NCBI GenBank assembly: GCA_016297165.1
Contig: JAEDHF010000001.1
Span: forward strand, 149 to 64,148
From: Oscillospiraceae bacterium
GTDB taxonomy: Bacteria > Bacillota > Clostridia > Oscillospirales > Ruminococcaceae
Reading direction: 5' to 3'
DNA length: 64,000 bases
Both the position numbers and the translations under genes were made by a program. Of the stretch, positions 28,854-37,978 are shown in pieces (positions within the stretch are counted from its first letter, which is position 1; each line of letters starts with the position of its first letter). The notes beneath the pieces were generated by a model. It searched no databases. It had not been told where the DNA came from and saw nothing but the letters and a program-made list of their open reading frames with translations.

Positions 28854-29957
28854 TTACTTGTTTCTTACGGGAAGAACTATTCCGACAAAGCTTTCTCCAT
28901 CAAGAGGCTTAATTCTTATGGGAGAGAGCGGACCTGTAAACTGAAGTTTTACCTCGTCGCATTCGCTGTTTCTGAGGGCGTCTATCATATACTTAGCGTT
29001 AAAGGCAATTTCAAGCTTTTCGCCGCCGTACTTTATAGCGAAATTATCGCTCATTTTACCTAAAGAGGTTTTTATCTCAATATCAAGGTTATCATTATCG
29101 AAGGTACAGATAACGGGACATTTATATCTTTCGGTATTTAGGAGTAAGGTTCTGTCTAAGGACTGGGCAAACTCCGAGGCCTTAACAATAGCGGTAGATT
29201 TTTCCTCAAAATTCATAATTCTGTCGTAATCTATAAAATTACCCTCGAGAAGACGGGAAATTATCATATAATCGTCCTTGGAGAAGCAGATCTGATTTCT
29301 GTCGATACAGATAGCTACCTTTTTATCGTTACTTTCATCGGATAACATTCTCATAAGCTCGCCTAAAGTTTTCGACGGAACAACGAAATCTATATCGTTA
29401 TATTCTACCGGCTCAACCCTTTTAGCCATTCTTACGCCGTCAACGGATACAACGCTTAATACGTTATCCTCAATATGGAATTTGCTGCCCATGTGTACCG
29501 GCTTTATATCGGTAGTAGCGATAGCGTGGAAGGTCTGTCTTATCATGCTTTTAAGAATATGCTCGTCGATATAGAAGGTTATATCGTTTCTTAACTCCGG
29601 AATATTAGGATACTGGTCGCCGCTTACGCCCACAACGTTAAATACCACAGAGCCGGAACGAAGAGTAATATTTCCGCTCTTATCGGTAGAAATATCTACT
29701 GCACCGGCAGGCATTTTCCTTATCATTTCTCCGAAAATCTTGGCGTTTACTACTATTTCACCCTCTTCTTCGGCAGTAGTTGGCGATACCTTACATTTTA
29801 TTCCCATTTCGAGGTCATAGCCAGTAACGGTAATAACCCCTTCCTTAAGGTTTATAAGTACGCCTTCGAGAGCAGGAATAGGCGAACGGGATGAGCTTGC
29901 CTTTGATGCATTAACCAAAGCGTCGGATAAGGTATTTCTGTCCATTGAAAATTTCAT
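28854..29957 (-). CDS. dnaN: DNA polymerase III beta sliding clamp
   Basis: GYDLEMGI, DGVRMA, SRLLEGNFIDY, IAFNAKY, ends VLPVR; start MKFSM after AAGGAG. Confidence 0.96.
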   Translation of the reverse strand: MKFSMDRNTLSDALVNASKASSSRSPIPALEGVLINLKEGVITVTGYDLEMGIKCKVSPTTAEEEGEIVVNAKIFGEMIRKMPAGAVDISTDKSGNITLRSGSVVFNVVGVSGDQYPNIPELRNDITFYIDEHILKSMIRQTFHAIATTDIKPVHMGSKFHIEDNVLSVVSVDGVRMAKRVEPVEYNDIDFVVPSKTLGELMRMLSDESNDKKVAICIDRNQICFSKDDYMIISRLLEGNFIDYDRIMNFEEKSTAIVKASEFAQSLDRTLLLNTERYKCPVICTFDNDNLDIEIKTSLGKMSDNFAIKYGGEKLEIAFNAKYMIDALRNSECDEVKLQFTGPLSPIRIKPLDGESFVGIVLPVRNK

Positions 29958-29974
29958 AGTAAGGGCTTCTCCTT

Positions 29975-30240
29975 TTTTAATAAAATAAAGTAGTAAATAA
30001 AGAAAATTAAAATTCAGAAAAAACAAAAAACAAAACAAATAAAATATATTTTAGTAATAGTAATAGGGACGGGTAAACTGTTGAAAACTTCCTTTTTTCC
30101 CTCTAATATGCAGTTTTTCCATTTAAAAACTAAGTGGATAAAAAATGTAAAGTGTTAAAAGAATTTTCAACAATTTTAACATTAAACTTTTCATTTTCAA
30201 CTGCTAATAAAAAGTTGAAAATTTCGTGGAAAATTTCAGC
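29975..30240. other. oriC: DnaA boxes, DnaA-trios and AT-rich unwinding element
   Basis: boxes at 30079(-), 30133(-), 30164, 30194, 30213(-), 30225(-); minus strand reads TTTTCAACA-GTTTACCCG-TCCC-TATTACTATTACTA then a T-rich tract; lies between dnaA and dnaN. Confidence 0.85.
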
Positions 30241-30243
30241 ACA

Positions 30244-31629
30244 TTAAGAGTTAAGATTTCCTATATTTTTAATAAGGTCATCAACGGTTGCACGGTAGGA
30301 GCTGTCCTTTTGCATTACCTTTTTTACCTTATTTGTGGCATATACTACGGTAGAATGATCTCTGCCGCCGAATTCCTTACCGATAGAGGTACAGCTAAGG
30401 TTAGTTACCTTACTTATAACGTACATGGCAACCTGTCTTGCGGTAGAAACCTGTGCATTTCTGTTCTGGGAACGGATTTCTTCGGGAGAAACGCTGAAGA
30501 TATGGCTTACCTCGTTAATTACCTTTTCTACGGTTACCGGAATAGGCTGATGCTCGGTCATAACCTCTCTTATTATGTTCTGTGCCATCATAAGGGTGGG
30601 GGTGCTGTCGGTAAGGGTTGTAATAGCGTTCATTTTAACGATAGCGCCCTCAATCTGACGGATATTGTTCTTAAGCTTGTCCGCCATATATTCCATAACA
30701 TTATTTGGTATCTTAAGATTTAAAAGCTCTGCCTTTCTCTTAATGATAGCCAGTCTTGTTTCAAATTCGGGAGGAGTAATATCCGCTAAAAGACCCCATT
30801 CGAAACGGGTAATAAGTCTTGTTTCAATATCGTTAATTTCCTTCGGGGGACGGTCGGAGGTTAAGATTATGTGCTTTCCTGCCCTATGTAATTCCTCGAA
30901 GGTATGGAAAAGCTCGTTTTGTGACTCCTTTTTTCCTGCGAAGAACTGAACGTCGTCAACAAGAAACATATCCGCACTTCTGTATTTATGCTTAAAATCC
31001 TCGGTAGTATATGTTCTTACGCTGTTAATGAACTCATTTACGAAGGTTTCTGCCGAAACATATACTATATTATATTCGGGGTGTCTCATTGATACCTCAT
31101 TCTTTACCGCACAAAGAAGATGAGTTTTTCCGAGACCGGGCTGGCTGTAGATATAAAGGGGGTTATAGTTCTCGAGCTGCTTACCCTGAGCGATTGCCTT
31201 GCAGGCTGCAGAAGCGAGACGATTACTTTCTCCTACAATAAAGGTATCGAAGGTATGCTTATAGTTACTGTTATTTTCCTTATTCTTCATATCTATGAAA
31301 CGGGGGTCATAGGTCGGGTCGGGAATAGGGTCAACTATTCTTATAATATCAACGTTTTCGTCGTTAGCCAGTACGTTTTCATAGTTATTTTCTTCCGAAA
31401 GATACTCTATTTCAACGTCGAAGCCCAGCACTTCCTTTAAATTTGTTTTAAGAAGCTGGTCAAAATGGGTCTGTACCATATCCTTTACATAATCGTTGGC
31501 GATAAACAGAGTAACCTTATTATTATTCAGCTTAACGGGTTTTATCGGGTCAATCCATAAGGAACGTGCGGTATCAGTAATATCAAGCTGTTTTTTCATA
31601 AGCTCGAAAATATCGCTGAATGAGTTCAT
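30244..31629 (-). CDS. dnaA: chromosomal replication initiator DnaA
   Basis: NPLYIYSQPGLGKTHL, VDDVQF, RFEWGL, FGGRDHSTV. Confidence 0.98.
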   Translation of the reverse strand: MNSFSDIFELMKKQLDITDTARSLWIDPIKPVKLNNNKVTLFIANDYVKDMVQTHFDQLLKTNLKEVLGFDVEIEYLSEENNYENVLANDENVDIIRIVDPIPDPTYDPRFIDMKNKENNSNYKHTFDTFIVGESNRLASAACKAIAQGKQLENYNPLYIYSQPGLGKTHLLCAVKNEVSMRHPEYNIVYVSAETFVNEFINSVRTYTTEDFKHKYRSADMFLVDDVQFFAGKKESQNELFHTFEELHRAGKHIILTSDRPPKEINDIETRLITRFEWGLLADITPPEFETRLAIIKRKAELLNLKIPNNVMEYMADKLKNNIRQIEGAIVKMNAITTLTDSTPTLMMAQNIIREVMTEHQPIPVTVEKVINEVSHIFSVSPEEIRSQNRNAQVSTARQVAMYVISKVTNLSCTSIGKEFGGRDHSTVVYATNKVKKVMQKDSSYRATVDDLIKNIGNLNS

Positions 31630-31675
31630 TTAGTTCAATCCTTCCATTTCAATAATAGTGATGATACTTAAATTC

Positions 31676-31704
31676 ATTTTATCACAAAACAGGCTATATT
31701 GCAA
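31676..31704 (-). promoter_or_regulatory. dnaA promoter
   Basis: TTGCAA-N17-TAAAAT with TGn. Confidence 0.6.
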
Positions 31705-31819
31705 GTAAAAACAGCATAATTTTTAACAGCTTATTTTGTCTATATCATCCTATATATATTCTACATCATTATGTATGGACATAAAAGGACATAGCAGGAC
31801 AAAAATTATGTGAAAGGGC

Positions 31820-31848
31820 TTGATTTTTTTAAGTAAATAGTTTATAAT
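31820..31848 (+). promoter_or_regulatory. SRP RNA promoter
   Basis: TTGATT-N17-TATAAT about 7 nt before the RNA. Confidence 0.7.
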
Positions 31849-31854
31849 ATCATA

Positions 31855-31985
31855 GAAGCTCTTGAATATGAACACAGACCCTGTGCAAGGTCGTGTTGTG
31901 AACCATGTCAGGCGGGGAACCGAGCAGCATTAAGCAAATTTCGTCCTGTGCTCAGCAAGCCTGTGTTCATAATCAAGGGCTTTGT
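31855..31985 (+). ncRNA. ffs: signal recognition particle RNA (small, 4.5S type)
   Basis: helix-8 motif GTGAACCATGTCAGGCGG-GGAA-CCGAGCAGCATTAAGC; closing stem AAGCTCTTGA..ATGAACACAG / CTGTGTTCAT..TCAAGGGCTT; lies upstream of dnaX-ybaB-recR. Confidence 0.9.
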
Positions 31986-32123
31986 TTTTTCTGATATATT
32001 ATATATAATAGTATATTTTTGGTTTACAGTTTGTTTATAGATTGCCAATAAAACAAAATGAAAACCTTTTATTTTTCTTAATTAAGAAAGAACAGCAAAA
32101 AATAACAAAAAGGAGGTTTTAAT

Positions 32124-33899
32124 ATGTATCTTGCTTTATATCGGAAATACAGACCTAAAACCTTTGATGACGTTATTTCCCAGGAACATATTACAACAAC
32201 CTTAAAAAACCAGCTTAAAAACGGCCAGAATTCTCACGCCTACCTTTTTACCGGCTCAAGAGGAACAGGTAAAACCACCTGTTCGAAAATTCTCGCTAAG
32301 GCGGTTAACTGTCTTAATCCCGTTGACGGAAACCCCTGTCTAAAGTGTGAAGCCTGCCGTGCCATTGAGGAGGAAAGCTCCGACGTAACGGAAATTGACG
32401 CAGCCTCCAATAACGGCGTTGACTATGTCCGTGACCTTAAGGAGGAAGCGGTTTACGCTCCTATAAGCTGTAAATACCGTGTTTATATAATCGACGAGGT
32501 GCACATGCTTTCTACGGCGGCATTCAATGCCCTTTTAAAGCTTATTGAAGAGCCTCCGCCTCACGTTATCTTTATATTTGCAACAACGGAAACCCATAAG
32601 GTTCCCGCAACAATTCTGTCACGCTGTCAGCGTTTTGAATTCAGAAGAATTGATATAAACGACAGTAAAAAACGACTTCTCGATATAGCGGAAAAGGAAA
32701 ATGTTAAGCTTAGCGAGGACGCAGCCTTTCTTATCTCAAAAATAAGCGACGGCGGAATGAGAGACGCCCTTTCCCTTCTTGACCAATGTATTTCCGTAAG
32801 TGAAAATATAACCGCCGATGTGGTAAGGGAATGTGCAGGAATATCGGGCAGCGATTATCTTTTTGATATTTCGGAAAAAATTGAAAATCAGGATATTCCC
32901 TCTCTTTTAAAGATTCTTGACGAGATTAATTCCCGTTCGAAGAATATAAACCGACTTATTGAGGAGCTTATCGCTCATTATAGAATTTTAATGCTTTTAA
33001 AGGCAGGTGCCGATAATTCGGTAATAAGGGTTACCGACGAGGAGCTTAACCGTTATAGGTCAGCCGCCGAAAGCTATACTCTCGGCGAAATTATGAGATG
33101 TATCTCTATTTTAAGCGAATTTTTAGGCAGTATGGGTAGGGTTGTAAATCCTCTTTTACACGCTGAAATGTGCTTTATAAGGCTTGCGAGCCCTAAGCTT
33201 GATATAAACGAAGAGGGACTTAATACCCGTATTGATCTGATTGAAAAGAAGCTTGAAAAAATTTCCTCGGGTGAAATAAGTATTGCAGTAAATGCTCCTG
33301 CCGCCGAGGTAAAAAAAGAAGCAGTAACGGAAGAAATAAAAGAAGCCGACCCCTTCCCCGTGGAGGAAATACCTCTTCCCGACTATGCTCCCGTATATAA
33401 TGAAAACGCTGTTCCCGAGGAAAAGCCTTTTGAGATAAAGCTGCCCTTTGACGGTGAAAATATAAGCGAAATAAGGGCTGAAGCTCCAGTTGAAAGCGGC
33501 TCTGCCGAAACCTTAGGAGACGTTATAAAGGCAGTAAAGGAGCAGAAAAAGGAGACTCTCAATAATACTGCAGCCGCAGAAAGCAGCGAGGATTTCAAGA
33601 CCTTAGAGGAATGGAACGAGATAATCGAAACTATCCCCTTCTCAATCAGAATTCTCATAAGCGATACTACTGCAAAAATATGTGGTAATACTGTTCTTAT
33701 CGAGGGCGGCAACCTTTCGGTAGGCTACGCTACGGGAGATTTCCGAAGAGAGGTCGAGGACGCAATTTCTAAGGCTTTAGGCAGAAAAATTGTTGTACAG
33801 GGAAAAAAAAACGTAAGACAGGCTATTGACCCAGACGAAAAGGTTAATGACTTTCTCGATTTCGCAAGAAGTCAGGGAGTTAACATAAAAGAAAACTGA
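32124..33899 (+). CDS. dnaX: DNA polymerase III subunit gamma/tau
   Basis: ALYRKYRPKTF, GSRGTGKT, EIDAASN, IIDEVHML, SRCQRF. Confidence 0.97.
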   Translation: MYLALYRKYRPKTFDDVISQEHITTTLKNQLKNGQNSHAYLFTGSRGTGKTTCSKILAKAVNCLNPVDGNPCLKCEACRAIEEESSDVTEIDAASNNGVDYVRDLKEEAVYAPISCKYRVYIIDEVHMLSTAAFNALLKLIEEPPPHVIFIFATTETHKVPATILSRCQRFEFRRIDINDSKKRLLDIAEKENVKLSEDAAFLISKISDGGMRDALSLLDQCISVSENITADVVRECAGISGSDYLFDISEKIENQDIPSLLKILDEINSRSKNINRLIEELIAHYRILMLLKAGADNSVIRVTDEELNRYRSAAESYTLGEIMRCISILSEFLGSMGRVVNPLLHAEMCFIRLASPKLDINEEGLNTRIDLIEKKLEKISSGEISIAVNAPAAEVKKEAVTEEIKEADPFPVEEIPLPDYAPVYNENAVPEEKPFEIKLPFDGENISEIRAEAPVESGSAETLGDVIKAVKEQKKETLNNTAAAESSEDFKTLEEWNEIIETIPFSIRILISDTTAKICGNTVLIEGGNLSVGYATGDFRREVEDAISKALGRKIVVQGKKNVRQAIDPDEKVNDFLDFARSQGVNIKEN

Positions 33900-33913
33900 A
33901 AGGAATTATAATT

Positions 33914-34264
33914 ATGAAAGCAAGATTACCTCAGGGATACCAGAATAAGGGTATGGGAAATATGAACAATATGGTTCGCCAGGCTCAGAAGATGCAGGAG
34001 GATATCCAGGCTGTTCAGGAAAAGCTCGAACAGACAGAATTCACCGAGACAGCAGGCGGCGGAATGGTAGAGCTTACCATGACGGGCGGACGTGTACTGA
34101 AGTCCATTAAAATCAATCCCGAAATCGTGGATAAGGACGATATCGAAAGCTTACAGGACGTTATCGTTGCAGGCGTAAACGCAATCATCACAAAGATTGA
34201 CGACGAAAGCGCAAAGGAAATGGAAAAGGTAACAGGCGGCGTAAGCTTACCCGGTCTTTTCTGA
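33914..34264 (+). CDS. ybaB: YbaB/EbfC nucleoid-associated protein
   Basis: QAQKMQ..GGGMV..D.E.LQD; between dnaX and recR. Confidence 0.93.
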   Translation: MKARLPQGYQNKGMGNMNNMVRQAQKMQEDIQAVQEKLEQTEFTETAGGGMVELTMTGGRVLKSIKINPEIVDKDDIESLQDVIVAGVNAIITKIDDESAKEMEKVTGGVSLPGLF

Positions 34265-34270
34265 TAAGCT

Positions 34271-34870
34271 ATGTCGGAATATAACTCTTTACCTCTCGTT
34301 ACCGCCGCTGAACAGTTCGCTAAGCTTCCCGGTATCGGTATGAAAACTGCCCAGCGCCTTGCGTATTTTATGCTGAATCAGCCTGCCGAGGACGTGGAAG
34401 AATTCTGCCAGGGGATACTTTCTGCCCGTAAAAGCGTTCATTGTTGCTCGGTCTGCCAGAATTTTACCGACGGTGAAATCTGCTCAATCTGTAACGACGA
34501 CAGGCGTGACAAGAAGGTTATCTGTGTGGTTGAGGCGCCGAAGGACGTTTCCGCTCTCGAAAGAGCCGGCGGCTTTAACGGCATTTATCACGTTCTCCAC
34601 GGTCTTCTCTCCCCTATGGATAATATCGGACCTAACGATATCCGTATTGCGGAGCTTATGAGACGGCTTTCGGGAGATATAGACGAGGTTATTATGGCGA
34701 CAAATCCCACGGTTGAGGGGGAAGCTACCGCTTCCTACATAAGCCGTATGATAAAGCCTATGAATATTAAGGTGACTCGTCTTGCCTACGGTCTTCCGGC
34801 AGGCTCCGCCCTTGAATACGCAGATGATGTAACTTTACAAAGGGCACTTGAAAACCGTAATGAATTGTAA
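34271..34870 (+). CDS. recR: recombination mediator RecR
   Basis: LPGIGMKTAQRLA, C4 zinc finger, YHVLHG, ATNPTVEGEATA. Confidence 0.97.
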   Translation: MSEYNSLPLVTAAEQFAKLPGIGMKTAQRLAYFMLNQPAEDVEEFCQGILSARKSVHCCSVCQNFTDGEICSICNDDRRDKKVICVVEAPKDVSALERAGGFNGIYHVLHGLLSPMDNIGPNDIRIAELMRRLSGDIDEVIMATNPTVEGEATASYISRMIKPMNIKVTRLAYGLPAGSALEYADDVTLQRALENRNEL

Positions 34871-34901
34871 ATTGTTGCTGCCTTTTGGACTTTTCAGCAA
34901 A

Positions 34902-35053
34902 AATTGAATAATGAATAACGAATAAAGAAGAATGAATAATAGTGGTATCGGCTTGCGCCGATTCTTTTGAAAATGTGATAATAAAGCCATTTTCTGACCC
35001 GTGCCCGTAGGGCACACCACAATTATTCACTATTCATTATTAACTGTTCATTA
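34902..35053. repeat. heptamer-array element: inverted 7-bp repeat arms around small hairpins
   Basis: AATTGAA TAATGAA TAACGAA TAAAGAA GAATGAA TAATAGTGGT ... ACCACAATTA TTCACTA TTCATTA TTAACTG TTCATTA. Confidence 0.75.
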
Positions 35054-35087
35054 AAAAAACCGCAGGAAATAAATCCTGCGGTTTTTT
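35053..35087. terminator. bidirectional terminator between recR and pgm
   Basis: AAAAAACCGCAGGA-N6-TCCTGCGGTTTTTT. Confidence 0.85.
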
Positions 35088-35097
35088 ATGTATATTA

Positions 35098-36813
35098 TTA
35101 CTTAACAAGCTTTGTAAAGGCTTCGGAATACTTTTCCTGAAGCTTTCCTGCTTCCTCGTTGGTTTTTCCTATGGTTGTGTAGTAAATCTTGATTTTCGGC
35201 TCTGTGCCCGAGGGACGAATAACGAGACTTGCGCCGCCTTCGAGATAAAGAGTGATTACGTTGGACTTAGGAAGGTCGATAACGGTCTTACTGCCGCTTA
35301 AAAGGTCGGTCTTTTCGGAAGCTTCATAATCGGCTAAGGCGATAACCTTTGTTCCTGCGATTTCTTCGGGATAATCGGTTCTCATGCGGTTCATGATTTC
35401 CTGCATCTTAGCCATACCGCTTGCGCCCTCGAAGGCGAAGGTATCAAGCTTATTACAGTAGCAGCCGTATTCCTCATACATCTTCTTTCTTGCTTCAATA
35501 AGGGAAACGCCCTGTGCACGGTAGAACGCCGCCATTTCGCAGATAAGCATAGAGGCTACAACTGCGTCCTTATCTCTTACATAAGAGCCGGCAAGATAAC
35601 CGTAGCTTTCTTCGAAGCCGAAGATATAGCGGTTTTCCTCGCCCTTTTCCTCGAGGAAGCCTATCTGCTCGCCGATAAACTTAAAGCCCGTAAGAACCTC
35701 GATAATTTCAACGTTATACTTCTTTGCGATTGCTCTTGTAATATCGGTGGTTACGATTGTTTTTACTGCTATAGGATTCTTGGGCATTGTTCCCATGGCT
35801 GTTCTTTCTCTTGCAATATATTCAAGGAGAAGAGCGCCTACCTCGTTACCGGTAAATAAAGCGTAGCCGTCGCCGTCGGGAACGGCAATTCCCACACGGT
35901 CACAGTCGGGGTCGGTAGCTAAAAGAAGGTCGGGCTTTTCCTTTGCGCAAAGCTCAAGACCCTTAGTTAAAGCCTCACGGATTTCGGGGTTAGGATAGGG
36001 GCAGGTAGCAAAGGTTCCGTCGGGGTTTTCCTGTTCGGGAACTACTACTACGTTATCAATACCGATTTCCTTTAAAATACGGCGAACGGGCTTGTTGCCT
36101 GTTCCGTTAAGGGGAGTATATACCACCTTTAAGCCTGCTTTTGCGCAGACCTCGGGATGAAGGGACTGCTTCTTAATCTCAGTCATATAAGCGTCGATAG
36201 CCTTATCGTCGATATAGTTAATCATACCGCTCTTTAAGCCCTCGTCGAAGGGAGTGGACTTAATACCGCTGAATACGTCTATCTTATTGATTTCCGCAAG
36301 AACAGCGTCAGCGGCAGCGATTGTAAGCTGGCAGCCGTCGGGTCCGTAAACCTTATAGCCGTTATATTTTGCAGGATTATGGGAAGCGGTTACCATTACG
36401 CCTGCGTCACATTTATGGTATCTGACTGCCCAGGAAAGCATAGGAGTGGGCATAAGCTCGGTATAGATATAAACCTTGATGCCGTTAGCGGAGAGGACCT
36501 CGGCTACGGACTTTGCGAAATAGTCGGACTTAATTCTGCTGTCGTAGGAAACGGCAACTGACGCACCCTCGGGCTTTACTGCCTTTAAATAAGCGGCGAG
36601 ACCCTGTGTTGCCTTACATACGGTATAGTAGTTCATTCTGTTGGTGCCTGCGCCTATAACGCCTCTTAAACCACCTGTTCCGAATTCGAGCTCACGATAG
36701 AAGCGGTCGGAGATTTCCTCCTCCTTACCCTCTACCGAAAGAAGCTCCTTCTTTAAATCGGGGTCGGCTGTGGCATTTTCAAGCCATAATTTATAAAGCT
36801 CATTCGTATTCAT
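35098..36813 (-). CDS. pgm: phosphoglucomutase/phosphomannomutase
   Basis: FGTGGLRG, TASHNP, DPDCDR, FEESYG, IRPSGTEPK; start MNTNEL. Confidence 0.93.
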   Translation of the reverse strand: MNTNELYKLWLENATADPDLKKELLSVEGKEEEISDRFYRELEFGTGGLRGVIGAGTNRMNYYTVCKATQGLAAYLKAVKPEGASVAVSYDSRIKSDYFAKSVAEVLSANGIKVYIYTELMPTPMLSWAVRYHKCDAGVMVTASHNPAKYNGYKVYGPDGCQLTIAAADAVLAEINKIDVFSGIKSTPFDEGLKSGMINYIDDKAIDAYMTEIKKQSLHPEVCAKAGLKVVYTPLNGTGNKPVRRILKEIGIDNVVVVPEQENPDGTFATCPYPNPEIREALTKGLELCAKEKPDLLLATDPDCDRVGIAVPDGDGYALFTGNEVGALLLEYIARERTAMGTMPKNPIAVKTIVTTDITRAIAKKYNVEIIEVLTGFKFIGEQIGFLEEKGEENRYIFGFEESYGYLAGSYVRDKDAVVASMLICEMAAFYRAQGVSLIEARKKMYEEYGCYCNKLDTFAFEGASGMAKMQEIMNRMRTDYPEEIAGTKVIALADYEASEKTDLLSGSKTVIDLPKSNVITLYLEGGASLVIRPSGTEPKIKIYYTTIGKTNEEAGKLQEKYSEAFTKLVK

Positions 36814-36999
36814 ATAAATCTTCCTTTCAATATGAAATATATTGGGAAATCTTAAGGTAAGTATAGCATATCGATTCAGAAATTGCAATATCCGTTTCCT
36901 AAAATTTTCGTTTACCACAAAAAATTACTGCATAAATAAGAAAAAACAGGCAAAAATACTTCCATAAACCTCTGTATTCAAGAAAGGACAGGATAAATT

Positions 37000-37677
37000 A
37001 TGAAAAAGGTTGAGTTTAAAAACGGACTTAAGGGAAAGGGCTTTACCGCCGCATTGGTGCTTAGTCTTTGCGCTGTGGGAATTTCCGCCTATGTTGCATA
37101 CGACGGCGCCATGAACAGACTTCAGACCGAGGCCCCCGATACGGGAGAGGATAACGTCTTTATCTTCTCCGACGAAACCGAGGACGTAAGCGCAGAAAAG
37201 CTTAATATCCCCAAGGAAACCACAACTACTGCCGAAGAGGAAGCCGAAAGCGCGGGGCTTGTGTTCGAAAACCCGAAAACTATGCCCGTTAACGGCGAAA
37301 TAATCAATCCCTACAGCGGCGGAGAGCTTGTAAAGAGCGAAACCCTCGGAGTATGGAAAACCCACGATGGGGTGGATATTGCCGCCGAAACGGGTACCGC
37401 CGTCGCTTCTATGATGAAGGGTACCGTTTCCGAGGTTAAGGACGACCCCCTCTGGGGCATTTCGGTTATTATCGACCACGGCGACGGAGTTATCGGTCAT
37501 TACTGTAACCTCGGAGAGAATCTTAACGTTAAAACGGGTCAGCAGGTTTTAATGGGAGAGGTTATCGGCTCTGTGGGCAGTACTGCGGATATCGAATGTA
37601 AACTCGCTCCCCACCTTCATTTCGGTGTAACCCGAAACGGCGCATGGTGCGACCCATTAGCCTTTATCGAGGAATAA
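37000..37677 (+). CDS. M23-family peptidase, SpoIIQ-like
   Basis: N-terminal TM; HDGVD and HLHF motifs; upstream GCATA-N14-GGCAAAAATA resembles a sigma-F promoter. Confidence 0.8.
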   Translation: MKKVEFKNGLKGKGFTAALVLSLCAVGISAYVAYDGAMNRLQTEAPDTGEDNVFIFSDETEDVSAEKLNIPKETTTTAEEEAESAGLVFENPKTMPVNGEIINPYSGGELVKSETLGVWKTHDGVDIAAETGTAVASMMKGTVSEVKDDPLWGISVIIDHGDGVIGHYCNLGENLNVKTGQQVLMGEVIGSVGSTADIECKLAPHLHFGVTRNGAWCDPLAFIEE

Positions 37678-37978
37678 ACAGTAAGAAAAATCCCGGAGAA
37701 TACTTTGGCAGTACCACAAGAAGTCCTGAGGCGGTTTATGCGTGGGACTGTCCGTTATTTCTCCGGGAAATTTTTTTTATTATTACTTAGCCCTCTCCCT
37801 TTTATGAAATATACCGTTTTTCGCCGTTATTATAGGGAAAAAAGGGCTTATTTTTCGGAAAATCCCTTGATTTTCGGGGGATTTTATGATATAATTATGA
37901 CTATACTATTATATAATATATAGTTTGTCATTATTGTAAGATTACAATATGGTGACCATATAAGAAAAGGAACAGGAT

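Noticed and set aside
29958..30038. Hydrophobic N-terminal extension of DnaN in the ORF track
   Set aside because: It is the T-rich origin unwinding region; the RBS and ATG are at 29957
33310..33811. Possible dnaX frameshift or slippage sites (A7G at 33311, A9 at 33803)
   Set aside because: No properly spaced internal SD or clear downstream hairpin, and A-runs are common here; the A9 run is only about 30 codons from the end
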